Source of the DNA: an uncultured bacterium
GTDB taxonomy: Bacteria > Patescibacteriota > Minisyncoccia > Phycocordibacterales > CAJBMK01
Reading direction: 5' to 3'
Assembly: GCA_903954165.1 (NCBI GenBank)
Contig: CAJBMK010000052.1
Span: 11,950-35,949 of the forward strand
DNA length: 24,000 nt
This document shows, piece by piece, positions 1-7,838 of the stretch. Made by a program: the position numbers and the translations under genes. Each line of letters begins with the position of its first letter. Within the stretch, counting starts at the first letter, position 1. The notes under the pieces were generated by a model that made no database searches, had not been told where the DNA came from, and saw nothing but the letters and a program-made list of their open reading frames with translations.

Positions 1-469
1 GCGTGTCAAAAAATTCAATTCGTGCGAACCTCCGTAGATCGGAAAGCGCGAGTGTTGTTCCGTCAGAAAAAGAAATAACAAAACGAATAAATCGATTGAA
101 TGGATTTTGTAAATCTCCGCGTTCTGTCGGAATCCATTCTTCGTGTTCAAACGTCGGGGGAATCGGTCCGACCCATTCCTTTTTTCTTCTATATGCGCCG
201 AGGAGAAAATGTCCGGTCATTTTCATATGCGCGACAATTGATATGTTATCCGAAAGGCGGAACAGAATATTTTTTGCCCGCCGCGTAACGGACAGTATTT
301 TTTTGCCGAGTATTTTATTTGAAAAGACTGAGAATAGTTTGGAATCTTTTATTCCAATTTTCTGTACCGATTTTACGTGGTAATCCGACCATGCGTTTGT
401 AATTATTTTCCCGCGTAAAGCGCGGTCAAGAAAAGTTGCGGTTGTGTGGACTTCGGGTAATTCAGGCAT
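1..469 (-). CDS. mutM: Formamidopyrimidine-DNA glycosylase (Fpg/MutM family), N-terminal ~156 aa; gene continues past the left edge
   Basis: Absent from the ORF track because it is open at the window edge. The reverse-strand ATG at 467-469 translates as MPELPEVHTTATFLDRALRGKIITNAWSDYHVKS...VAHMKMTGHFLL... PELPEV at residues 2-7 (catalytic Pro2/Glu3) is the Fpg/Nei N-terminal signature. The frame stays open to nt 1. The + strand ORF 3-383 is its antisense shadow. Confidence 0.8.
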   Translation of the reverse strand, partial: MPELPEVHTTATFLDRALRGKIITNAWSDYHVKSVQKIGIKDSKLFSVFSNKILGKKILSVTRRAKNILFRLSDNISIVAHMKMTGHFLLGAYRRKKEWVGPIPPTFEHEEWIPTERGDLQNPFNRFIRFVISFSDGTTLALSDLRRFARIEFFDT

Positions 470-559
470 GAATTTACATTACCACCGGTCGAAAGTTTTG
501 CAACATTTCTTCACCTTTTTTATTGTCTAATATGCAAAATTCCGCTATGATTAGTGTGA

Positions 560-1873
560 ATGAAATTGGCGTTAAGTATCGGTTTATTTCTTTTGGCGTC
601 CTCCACGATTATCGGGGTTTGTTTTTTTGGATTACCTGAAACGTTTGGTTCTCTTAGTTTGGTGGGTCAAAAAGAGTTAACGGCCGGTACCTATTTTGCA
701 GACCGAACGACGCCGTCCGAAATTCGGCGCGACTATGTCGGGACTGACGGCGGCGCGGGGAAAATTAGAATATTAATCGTGCCGGGTCATGACGACCAAT
801 ATGGCGGAACCGAATTTAAAGGTTTGACGGAAGCAAAGCTTAACCTTGATATTTCGGAACGAATTGCGGCTCTATTTGGAGCCGATTCACGTTTCTCAGT
901 TGCTATGACACGCGACAGTCACGGATATACGGCTGATTTTCTGGAATATTTAAAGGAAAACGGCAGTTCTATTGCGGAGTTTGTCGCCAATTCCAAAAAC
1001 GTTATGGCAAACGCGATGCACAAAGGTCTCGTGGAGGAATATACCGCGGGCGTTATTCATAATAGTGTTGTTCCGGAAGTCGGGCGGCGTTTATATGGGA
1101 TTAACAAATATGCCAACGATAACAAGTTTCAATTAATCATTGCCGTTCATTTTAACGATTACGGCGGGAGGAAAAAAAGTGCGGCCGGCGTCTATTCCGG
1201 TTTTACGGTTTATGTCCCGGAAAAACAATTTTCAAACGCCAAATCAAGCCGGGCAATCGCCGAGTATGTAAGCGGTGAACTTTCCAAATATTTCGCGATT
1301 AGTAATTTGCCGCTGGAACGCGCGGGTGTTGTCGATGATCAGGAATTAATTGCAATCGGTGCAAATAACACACTGGAGGCGGCCAGTATGCTTGTTGAAT
1401 ACGGGTACATTTATGAGTCGTTTATTCAGGATAAAGTAACGAGAAATTTGGCGCTTGATCTGATGGCGGAGAAGACATACACGGGCGTAAAAAAATTCTT
1501 TGACGGAAATTTCGGATCGGATAATTTTTTTGACGTGTCGTTGTTACCGTATCGTTTTTCAGAGAATTTAAAAACAGGAATGACGGGAAAAAAAGATATT
1601 TTTGCGTTGCAGGTTGCGCTTTCTCATGACGGCTTCTATCCTCCGGCGGGGAAGAGTAGGAATGAGTGCCCGCTTTCTCCTAAGTTTGCCGGTTGTTCCG
1701 TTGCTGCGGTTTTGGAATTTCAAAATGCATACGGTATTCAAAATGAAAAAGGTTTTGTTGGAGTACAAACACGCGCAAAACTTAATGAGTTGTACGCTTT
1801 GAAAAATACCACATTGGTTCGGGTGACAGAGCCGAAAGAGGAGGCGTCCGCCGGCACAAAACTATTGCATTAG
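560..1873 (+). CDS. N-acetylmuramoyl-L-alanine amidase-like cell-wall hydrolase with N-terminal membrane anchor and C-terminal peptidoglycan-binding domain
   Basis: 437-aa ORF with a hydrophobic N-terminus (LALSIGLFLLASSTIIGVCFF). The blocks ILIVPGHDDQYGGTEF, IAVHFNDYGG and LVEYGYI resemble Amidase_3 zinc-ligand regions. The C-terminal DIFALQVALSHDGFYP...VLEFQNAYGI...TRAKLNELY resembles a PG_binding_1 repeat. Confidence 0.75.
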   Translation: MKLALSIGLFLLASSTIIGVCFFGLPETFGSLSLVGQKELTAGTYFADRTTPSEIRRDYVGTDGGAGKIRILIVPGHDDQYGGTEFKGLTEAKLNLDISERIAALFGADSRFSVAMTRDSHGYTADFLEYLKENGSSIAEFVANSKNVMANAMHKGLVEEYTAGVIHNSVVPEVGRRLYGINKYANDNKFQLIIAVHFNDYGGRKKSAAGVYSGFTVYVPEKQFSNAKSSRAIAEYVSGELSKYFAISNLPLERAGVVDDQELIAIGANNTLEAASMLVEYGYIYESFIQDKVTRNLALDLMAEKTYTGVKKFFDGNFGSDNFFDVSLLPYRFSENLKTGMTGKKDIFALQVALSHDGFYPPAGKSRNECPLSPKFAGCSVAAVLEFQNAYGIQNEKGFVGVQTRAKLNELYALKNTTLVRVTEPKEEASAGTKLLH

Positions 1874-3156
1874 TGAAATCGTTTTTCTAATTCTTCCCGA
1901 ACTACCACGGCGTCATCCCAGGGAGTTTTTTTGCCGTTTGCCTCCATGATGTACGGGTCGGTTCCTTTGCCGGAAATCAAAATTGCGTCATGCTGTTGTG
2001 CGTGTGAAATGGCGGTTGCGATTGCCAGGCGTCTGTCTAGGATAATAAGTGGTTTTTTGATTTTAATTCCTTCGGCGATATCGCTGATAATTGCGTCGGG
2101 GTTTTCATCGTACGGGTCTTCGTTTGTTAAAATAATTTCGTCGCAGAATGTTTCGGCAATAGCGCCCATGGCCGGACGTTTCCATTTGTCCCGTCCTCCG
2201 CCGGTGTTTCCTAAAATACAAATTTTTCTATTGTGTGGAAAGGCTTCATATAATTTTTGAAGCGAGTCTGGTGTGTGTGCGTAGTCGACAATAACTTCAA
2301 ATGTCTGTTTGTGTACGTTCGGGTGTGCTGTTGGAAGGGTGATGCTTTCGACTCGTCCACGCACGCCTTTTAATTTTTCTAAAGCACTTTTTATTGTTCC
2401 CGCATTAACACCGCACGAGAATGCAAGTGTCGCCGACCCGATCATGTTATATACATTGAAGATGCCACGAAGCGGGGAGTGAATCGTTTCACTTTTGAAT
2501 GTAAATAGTGAGCCCGTGTCGGAAAGGGAAATCGGGTCGCCGTCTTTTTTGCTGTAGCCAATTGCTTCAATTCCGGAAAATTGAAGAAAAAGACTTCCTT
2601 CTTTGTCGTCCGTGTTTGAGACGATTAGTTTTTTTAGTTTTGATGATTTTGATACGGCTCGAGCGATTGAAAGTTTGGCGTCACGGTACTTTTCATAACC
2701 GCCGTGCGATTCGATGTGTTCAGGAGCGAGGTTCGTAAAAATAAGTCCGTCAAATTCAATAAACGAATGGCGAAATTGTTTTGCTCCCTCGGATGTCATT
2801 TCGAGGATAACAGCGTCGCATTGTGCGTCAACCGCACGGCGAATAAAATGCTGAACAAAAAAACGTCCCGGGATGGTCATTTTGTAAAGATTTGGTTCCG
2901 AAATATCACCGATTTTAAACCGCACTGTTCCCGCCACCGCGGTCTTCCATCCGGCTTCCTCAAAAATAGCATTTACTATTTCGACGGTAGTGCTTTTACC
3001 TTTCGTTCCGGTGACGGCAAAAACTTTGATGTGGCGGGAAGGGAATCGGTAAACACAGGCGCCTACAAAAGCAAGCGCGTGGTGGTAGAACGGCTGAAAA
3101 AAAGAAAAAATCGGGCGGGGAATTATTTTTTTTATGAAACGAAAAATGGATTCCAT
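1870..3156 (-). CDS. murE: Mur ligase family protein, MurE-like (UDP-MurNAc-dipeptide:diamino acid ligase) with short N-terminus
   Basis: 428-aa ORF. P-loop VTGTKGKSTT. The motifs LEMTSEGAKQFRH, TNLAPEHIESHGGYEKYRDAK, DYAHTPDSL and GNTGGGRDKWKRPAMG match conserved MurE blocks. Only ~45 aa precede the P-loop. The DNPR diaminopimelate motif position reads NEDPYDE. Confidence 0.65.
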   Translation of the reverse strand: MESIFRFIKKIIPRPIFSFFQPFYHHALAFVGACVYRFPSRHIKVFAVTGTKGKSTTVEIVNAIFEEAGWKTAVAGTVRFKIGDISEPNLYKMTIPGRFFVQHFIRRAVDAQCDAVILEMTSEGAKQFRHSFIEFDGLIFTNLAPEHIESHGGYEKYRDAKLSIARAVSKSSKLKKLIVSNTDDKEGSLFLQFSGIEAIGYSKKDGDPISLSDTGSLFTFKSETIHSPLRGIFNVYNMIGSATLAFSCGVNAGTIKSALEKLKGVRGRVESITLPTAHPNVHKQTFEVIVDYAHTPDSLQKLYEAFPHNRKICILGNTGGGRDKWKRPAMGAIAETFCDEIILTNEDPYDENPDAIISDIAEGIKIKKPLIILDRRLAIATAISHAQQHDAILISGKGTDPYIMEANGKKTPWDDAVVVREELEKRFH

Positions 3157-3157
3157 A

Positions 3158-3739
3158 TTATTTTTTTCCTAAATTTTTTAAAGCGAATTTTACCAGGTCT
3201 TGTGTTTTTGTCATTTCTTTCGGTGCAAGTTTTATGGCCGTGCGTACGTCGCGTTCGGAATATCCAAGCGATGCCAAAGCCAGGACCGCGTCGCTTTCGT
3301 CCCGACTGCTTCCGTCGGCGGATTCTTCTTTTGTAAGAATGATTTTACCCTTTAGTTCAAGAACGATTTTTTCCGCAACTTTTTTCCCAACACCTGAAAC
3401 TTTGGTCAGCGGGGTAGGGTCTTCGTGTGCGATGGCGTACCGGACAGATCGTGCCCCCGCCGCCGATAGAACTCCTTGTGCGGTTTTTGGTCCGATGCCG
3501 GAAACGGTAATAAGAAGCTCGAATAGCGTCAAATCTTTTCTGTCGGTAAACCCGTAAAGAGTAAGGGCATCTTCCCGGACAACAAGGTGCGTCCACAACG
3601 AAACAGGAGACGTGCCGGCATTCTCCATAATAAACATTGTTTCCGGCGGGCAGAATATCTTATAGCCGATTCCGTTCGCGGAAATAATAGCGTACTTTTC
3701 GGCGCATTCTAGTACTGTGCCGGTTATGTGTGAAATCAT
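3158..3739 (-). CDS. ruvA: Holliday junction DNA helicase subunit RuvA
   Basis: I start the gene at the internal ATG at 3737-3739 (MISHITGTVLE...), giving 193 aa. LYGF...ELLITVSGIGPKTAQGVLS and VSGVGKKVAEKIVLELKGK are the RuvA helix-hairpin-helix blocks. The 44 aa upstream in the track ORF look non-coding. The stop lies 1 nt before the murE start. Confidence 0.85.
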   Translation of the reverse strand: MISHITGTVLECAEKYAIISANGIGYKIFCPPETMFIMENAGTSPVSLWTHLVVREDALTLYGFTDRKDLTLFELLITVSGIGPKTAQGVLSAAGARSVRYAIAHEDPTPLTKVSGVGKKVAEKIVLELKGKIILTKEESADGSSRDESDAVLALASLGYSERDVRTAIKLAPKEMTKTQDLVKFALKNLGKK

Positions 3740-3934
3740 ATATATAGTATAGCAGAAAGGTATCATAAGGGGAGATTGTGTAAAGTGGCGTATGGTTTTT
3801 GTTGTTGGTGTGCTATGTCCCACAGTGTAAATATTTGCCTTTTTCCGTATTCTTTGGTATTGTTTCTTCACTCAGTTAACATAGTATTAATTTAATCAGT
3901 GGCGGTGCTCTCACACCAAAACTAATAATTCACG

Positions 3935-4210
3935 ATGGCAATTACATCATCAGCAGTCAAAGCCCTCCGGGCATCAAAGCGCAAGCGAGTTTTTAACGTC
4001 CGCCGTATGGACGCGGTTAAAGATGTCACCAAGGAAATCAAGAAGCTTGTTTCCGAAGGTAAAAAAGCAGATGCTCAGGTAAAACTCAGTGCCGCATACA
4101 AGGCAATTGATAAGGCCGCAAAAATGTTCTCAATCAACAAGAATTCCGCTTCCCGCAAGAAATCCCGTCTCGCCGCAATCATCAGGAAAGGAGAAACAAA
4201 GAAGAAATAA
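3935..4210 (+). CDS. rpsT: 30S ribosomal protein S20
   Basis: 91-aa basic protein. The N-terminus SSAVKALRASKRKRVFNVRRMDAVKDVTKEIKKL and the ...AYKAIDKAAK... block are typical of S20. Confidence 0.9.
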   Translation: MAITSSAVKALRASKRKRVFNVRRMDAVKDVTKEIKKLVSEGKKADAQVKLSAAYKAIDKAAKMFSINKNSASRKKSRLAAIIRKGETKKK

Positions 4211-4220
4211 ACACTCAAAA

Positions 4221-4252
4221 AAACCGCCCGCATACAAATGCCGGCGGTTTTT
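4221..4252 (+). terminator. Rho-independent terminator after rpsT
   Basis: accgcc (4223-4228) pairs with ggcggt (4243-4248). An A-run precedes it and ttttt follows. Confidence 0.6.
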
Positions 4253-4309
4253 CGTTCGCTTGCCAGAAACCAAAAAATGACGTAAGCTACCAGTTGTCGG
4301 AGATAGAAT

Positions 4310-4381
4310 CTCCTCGTCGTTCAATGGATAGGACGCAAGATTGCGGATCTTGCAATGTAGGTTCGATTCCTACCGAGGGGA
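4310..4381 (+). tRNA. tRNA-Arg (anticodon GCG), no encoded CCA
   Basis: Hand-folded cloverleaf. Acceptor ctcctcg/cgagggg (one U-G pair). D arm gttc-aatggata-ggac. Anticodon arm caaga-ttGCGga-tcttg. Variable region caat. T arm gtagg-ttcgatt-cctac. Discriminator a at 4381. Confidence 0.85.
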
Positions 4382-4549
4382 CAAAATACAAAAATGACTT
4401 CCATGATTGGAAGTCATTTTTGTATTTTGTCCCCTCGAGCAAGTGCCGGGTGGCACTTGCGGGTAGGAATCGAAGCCCGATTGAGCATTTTATTGAGCGT
4501 CTTCGCGAAAAGAAAATCCAATCGGGGTACTGAACCTGTAAGGTTCGAA
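4382..4549 (+). repeat. tRNA-3'-flank structured element, scaffold type 1, matched to tRNA-Arg(GCG) (copy A1)
   Basis: H1 is a perfect 27-bp hairpin, 4377-4403/4408-4434, extended by cga/tcg. H2 is gcaagtgcc/ggcacttgc at 4439-4447/4452-4460. gtaggaatcgaa (4463-4474) is the reverse complement of the tRNA T-loop and T-stem at 4362-4373. P3 is cccgattg/caatcggg at 4476-4483/4519-4526 and encloses a hairpin tipped gcg-tctt-cgc. The 3' module gtactgaacctgtaaggttcgaa lies at 4527-4549. Confidence 0.7.
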
Positions 4550-4714
4550 TCCCTCAGTGCCCACAACAAAAACGGCTATCGTGCTGTTTTTTTGCGGGCG
4601 CTAGCAAAGCGTCTGCACGCTATGCGCGAGGGATTCGAAAGGGTTCTCCGTTATATCTTAGAAATTCTTATTTCTAAGATATCGGAAACCCGTACTGAAC
4701 CTGTAAGGTTCGAA
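4550..4714 (+). repeat. tRNA-3'-flank structured element, scaffold type 2, matched to tRNA-Val, nested in the tRNA-Arg locus (copy A2)
   Basis: It starts with tccctcagtgcccaca, which is 15/16 identical to the tRNA-Val 3' end at 21041-21056. Anti-Val segments are gggcgct (4596-4602) and gagggattcgaa (4628-4639), split by H2 at 4604-4625. P3 is gggttctccg/cggaaaccc. P4 is the 13-bp hairpin at 4653-4682. It ends with a second copy of gtactgaacctgtaaggttcgaa (4692-4714). The decayed tRNA-Arg tail cttcctaccgac follows at 4715-4726. Confidence 0.7.
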
Positions 4715-4795
4715 CTTCCTACCGACATATTCGGTAATCAATAATGTTATTTTTTTCTCTTCCACCCCTCTGTCAAATTTGTTATTGTTCTCCGT

Positions 4796-5743
4796 ATGTT
4801 AACCAAACGACAAGAAGCCGAGCTGGTCACCGCTGTCCAAGGTAGAGGAGAGATTCCGCTGAAGTTTGCCTATATCGGAGATGGTGCGAAAAATTGGGAT
4901 ACTATTGCAAAAGAGAGAAGTGTAACTTCTGGCGGTATAAACTCAACTGAAGCAAGTCTCTTAAAAAGACGGTTGAATGATTTTGTATCAACGTTGAAAA
5001 GTGATAAGGGGATTAATATTGTCGATATTGGTTGTGGAAACGGCGTGCCCGCTATCCCTGTTTTACAGTATCTATCTGAGAGAGGTATTCCTTTTGCCTA
5101 TGTACCAATGGATATTAGTCAGGAAATGCTTGATTTGGCTATTGTTACTATTAAAACAAGGTTTCCAAATGTGATCTGCAAGCCGTTTCAGATGGATTTT
5201 GAATTAGGACAGTTTTCAGATGTGATGTATGAAATAAAAAAAGATGGTTCGGCTAATCTAATGTTGTTTTTGGGAAGTACGCTTGGAAATCATTCTGATT
5301 TAAGTCGTGTGCTCACTAATTTTCGCGATTCGATGACATCAAAAGATTATTTAATTGTCGGTGTAGAGCTAACCAATCTTGCAAAAATAAACAAGATAAT
5401 TCCACATTACGAAGGGTTGCAGATTAATATGTTTGTTGGTCATACATTGCGATACTTACATATTTCAGAAGGTGTGTTTACGTGTGGAGTATCGTGGAAT
5501 GACAAATTGTCTCAAATTGAAATGAGGGCAAATTTTACAGGCGATATTCGTGCCGAAATTGGAGGAGATTCATTTTTGATTGAAAAAGGTGAGAGCATTC
5601 TTTTGGCTCGATCGATTAAATTTACAGAATATACGGTCACAAAACTTTTCTCTGATGTAGGATTTAGAACTGAATTGCTAACAACTTCAGAAGATAGGGG
5701 ATATATCCTTACAATGGTTCAACCAACAAGGTACAGTATTTAA
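4796..5743 (+). CDS. SAM-dependent methyltransferase of the EgtD-like (histidine N-alpha-methyltransferase, Methyltransf_33) family
   Basis: 315-aa ORF. IVDIGCGNG is SAM motif I. YVPMDISQEML, LFLGSTLGNH, IVGVELTN and WNDKLSQIEMRANF align by eye with the conserved EgtD blocks (YxPxDVS, FLGSTIGN, LGTDL, WNxxxxRIEM). Confidence 0.7.
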   Translation: MLTKRQEAELVTAVQGRGEIPLKFAYIGDGAKNWDTIAKERSVTSGGINSTEASLLKRRLNDFVSTLKSDKGINIVDIGCGNGVPAIPVLQYLSERGIPFAYVPMDISQEMLDLAIVTIKTRFPNVICKPFQMDFELGQFSDVMYEIKKDGSANLMLFLGSTLGNHSDLSRVLTNFRDSMTSKDYLIVGVELTNLAKINKIIPHYEGLQINMFVGHTLRYLHISEGVFTCGVSWNDKLSQIEMRANFTGDIRAEIGGDSFLIEKGESILLARSIKFTEYTVTKLFSDVGFRTELLTTSEDRGYILTMVQPTRYSI

Positions 5744-5750
5744 CACCGAT

Positions 5751-5777
5751 AAAAAACCGCCCCCGTGGCGGTTTTTA
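5751..5777. terminator. Bidirectional rho-independent terminator between convergent genes
   Basis: aaaaaaccgcc-cccgt-ggcggttttt. The GC stem is 5757-5761/5767-5771, with an A-run on one side and a T-run on the other. Confidence 0.6.
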
Positions 5778-5785
5778 CATACTAT

Positions 5786-6256
5786 TTAAAACCCAAAATA
5801 CTCCATTACTTTCTGCCCCAACGGCTCATGTATCTCTTCCTCGGGTAAATATCTCCGAAGAAACATTCGCACTTCTTCATGATCGGCGTCCTCAATCGGC
5901 ACAACAATAAGAGGGGAGAGTAGTTTTTCGGAACGAACCAAAATCTTTGTTTCGCCGTACTGGTCTTCAACCCAAAAAGCGCTGAGATGGGCGTACAGGT
6001 ACATCGTTTTGTGCATGATGATACCTTTGGTGTTGACTTCGCAGTGCACTATTTCCGGTTTTCTGGTGGCGTAAAGAGAAAGCGTAATGGCGCTGACAAT
6101 AATGAGAACGGCGAAAAGATAGTTTTGAAAAATAACAGCGGTGACGGCTATGGCCAAGGAAATAATGCCGACGGCCCAAAACCAGTCCTGACCTTTTTCG
6201 GTATGGTTGTATTCAAAGGCTTCCCATATTATTTTATGCGTCGGTCCTTCTGTCAT
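5786..6256 (-). CDS. Hypothetical membrane protein (two predicted TM helices)
   Basis: 156-aa ORF. The hydrophobic stretch WFWAVGIISLAIAVTAVIFQNYLFAVLIIVSAITLSLY is followed by a soluble C-terminal domain. I recognise no family. Confidence 0.6.
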   Translation of the reverse strand: MTEGPTHKIIWEAFEYNHTEKGQDWFWAVGIISLAIAVTAVIFQNYLFAVLIIVSAITLSLYATRKPEIVHCEVNTKGIIMHKTMYLYAHLSAFWVEDQYGETKILVRSEKLLSPLIVVPIEDADHEEVRMFLRRYLPEEEIHEPLGQKVMEYFGF

Positions 6257-6370
6257 GTATATATCATAACATACCGACAGGGGATTTTTCTATGACATAT
6301 TCACATATAATAATTGTGTCAAAATAGACGTTTCGAAACACGAAATAGCGCCGTATTGATGTTTACATAA

Positions 6371-6403
6371 TAAAATCGGCGGACAGTTTTGTAACTGTCC
6401 GCC
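6371..6403 (-). terminator. Terminator hairpin downstream of the 77-aa gene
   Basis: 11-bp stem ggcggacagtt/aactgtccgcc (6378-6388/6393-6403). On the minus strand it is followed by gattttatta. Confidence 0.5.
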
Positions 6404-6407
6404 AAGG

Positions 6408-6641
6408 CTAGAGTTTCTTGTGTACCCATTGGCACATATTCGCGACTGTCCGAAGCGTGAACTTCAGTGACAGCCGCCCGATAGCAAGGAATTGTTTCAA
6501 TTCCCAGTTGAGTATTTGTTCCGCCTTTTGCGGACCGCCAACTAGTAAGCCCAATGCGATAGACATGAGCAAAATAGTCACAACAAGCATGAATAGAAGG
6601 TTCAACATACTGAAATTACTATACCACATATTAAAAAACAT
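6408..6641 (-). CDS. Small hypothetical membrane protein
   Basis: 77-aa ORF with one strong hydrophobic segment (LLFMLVVTILLMSIALGLLVGG). A terminator hairpin lies immediately downstream. Confidence 0.45.
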   Translation of the reverse strand: MFFNMWYSNFSMLNLLFMLVVTILLMSIALGLLVGGPQKAEQILNWELKQFLAIGRLSLKFTLRTVANMCQWVHKKL

Positions 6642-6709
6642 GCAAGTTTTGGATAGCCGGTTGGTACGGTAGCGTTATTGGGGGGGGTGATTGGTGGTAT
6701 ACTTTTCCC

Positions 6710-7126
6710 ATGGAAAACCTACCCATTCCGCCCCAAGAGGCGATTATATATGAAAGCGAAAAATTATATGTCTGTCTGGCGTCGTTTCCTCTGGCGAAAG
6801 GGCATACGGTGGTTGTGTGGAAAGATGTCGTTCGGGATTTGCACTCCTTGGACAAGGTTGATTTTGAATATTTGATGGATATTGTAGATATTGCACGAAA
6901 TGTGCTGATGGAGGTTTATGGTGTTGATAAAGTCTATTTGCTCTACATGGACGAAATAGAGCATATTCATTGGCATTTGGTCCCTCGTTTTGATGAGAAA
7001 GGGTTTAATGTGCTCAGCCATGCTCCAACGAAACTGGACGATTTTAGTTTGGTTGGAAGTTTGAGAAAAATATTTCTACAAAAAAAGACAGATTATGAAA
7101 TAGGCGTAAATTTAAAAAATAGGTAA
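6710..7126 (+). CDS. HIT (histidine triad) family nucleotide hydrolase/transferase
   Basis: 138-aa ORF. The histidine triad reads EHIHWHLVPR (HxHxHxx). The upstream block LAKGHTVVVWK is typical of HIT proteins. Confidence 0.85.
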   Translation: MENLPIPPQEAIIYESEKLYVCLASFPLAKGHTVVVWKDVVRDLHSLDKVDFEYLMDIVDIARNVLMEVYGVDKVYLLYMDEIEHIHWHLVPRFDEKGFNVLSHAPTKLDDFSLVGSLRKIFLQKKTDYEIGVNLKNR

Positions 7127-7131
7127 GGTGT

Positions 7132-7779
7132 ATGCGTATTACATTTGAATATAATGAAGATAAGGATCTGTGGTGTCTGCTCAATAAGGGTGGGGGATCG
7201 TTGAATTCCCCGGGGAAAATGACAAAAACATACACGGAATTATTGGAATTTGCCGCCGGCGGAGATGTTGCGGAAGTGGCGGGCGAGTTTATTCATCAAT
7301 ATATTTCAGAGCACAATATTGATACGAAAAGAAATGCAAAGATGGCACAGGAGAACTGGAATGGTGTTTCGGAACAATTTGAGAAAATTGCCGAGCGGGT
7401 ATTTGGTGTGAATATTGAAGATACAATAACTGCATACCTTACGATTACCGGTCGTTGGCCATACAATATTGGGCAAAAGTATTTTTTCGTCTCGGCAAAA
7501 GCCTCCAACAATAACGTCACAGCCATGCACGAATTGTGGCATTTTTATACGTATGCCGCGTTTGGGAAATATGAAAAAGATGTCGGACCGCAAAAATATA
7601 ACGAAATAAAAGAATCTCTCACTGTACTATTGAACATGGAGGCGGCGCATATTATGGGCGGAGAAGCCGATGAGGGGTATCCTCAACACAAAGAATTGAG
7701 AAGCAGTATTTCAAAGATGTGGGTAGAAACGAAAGATATACAAAATGTTTGGGGTGACGCGCTAGATAAGTGTTTATGA
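7132..7779 (+). CDS. Hypothetical protein with HExxH motif (possible zinc metallopeptidase-like)
   Basis: 215-aa ORF starting 5 nt after the HIT stop. It contains MHELWHFYTY (HExxH). I recognise no other family features. Confidence 0.55.
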   Translation: MRITFEYNEDKDLWCLLNKGGGSLNSPGKMTKTYTELLEFAAGGDVAEVAGEFIHQYISEHNIDTKRNAKMAQENWNGVSEQFEKIAERVFGVNIEDTITAYLTITGRWPYNIGQKYFFVSAKASNNNVTAMHELWHFYTYAAFGKYEKDVGPQKYNEIKESLTVLLNMEAAHIMGGEADEGYPQHKELRSSISKMWVETKDIQNVWGDALDKCL

Positions 7780-7838
7780 AAGGTGGAAGAAAGTAGTGTT
7801 GAAAAGAAAAATCCCTAGGAAAACTAAGGATTTTGACT

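Noticed and set aside
3-383. Track ORF of 126 aa on the + strand at the left edge
   Set aside because: It is the antisense shadow of the much better supported fpg gene on the minus strand (MPELPEV... start at 469).
2704-3336. 210-aa + strand ORF
   Set aside because: It is antisense to murE and ruvA, both of which have clear family motifs. It also spans their junction.
3740-3871. N-terminal 44-aa extension of RuvA in the track ORF
   Set aside because: The canonical RuvA N-terminus (MISHITGTV...) begins at the internal ATG at 3739. The extension has non-protein-like composition and overlaps the likely promoter region.
4294-4744. Track ORFs 4294-4533 (79 aa) and 4394-4744 (116 aa) as protein genes
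   Set aside because: They run through tRNA-Arg(GCG) and the hairpin-rich elements A1 and A2. They have no RBS. Their sequence is explained entirely by the repeats and palindromes.
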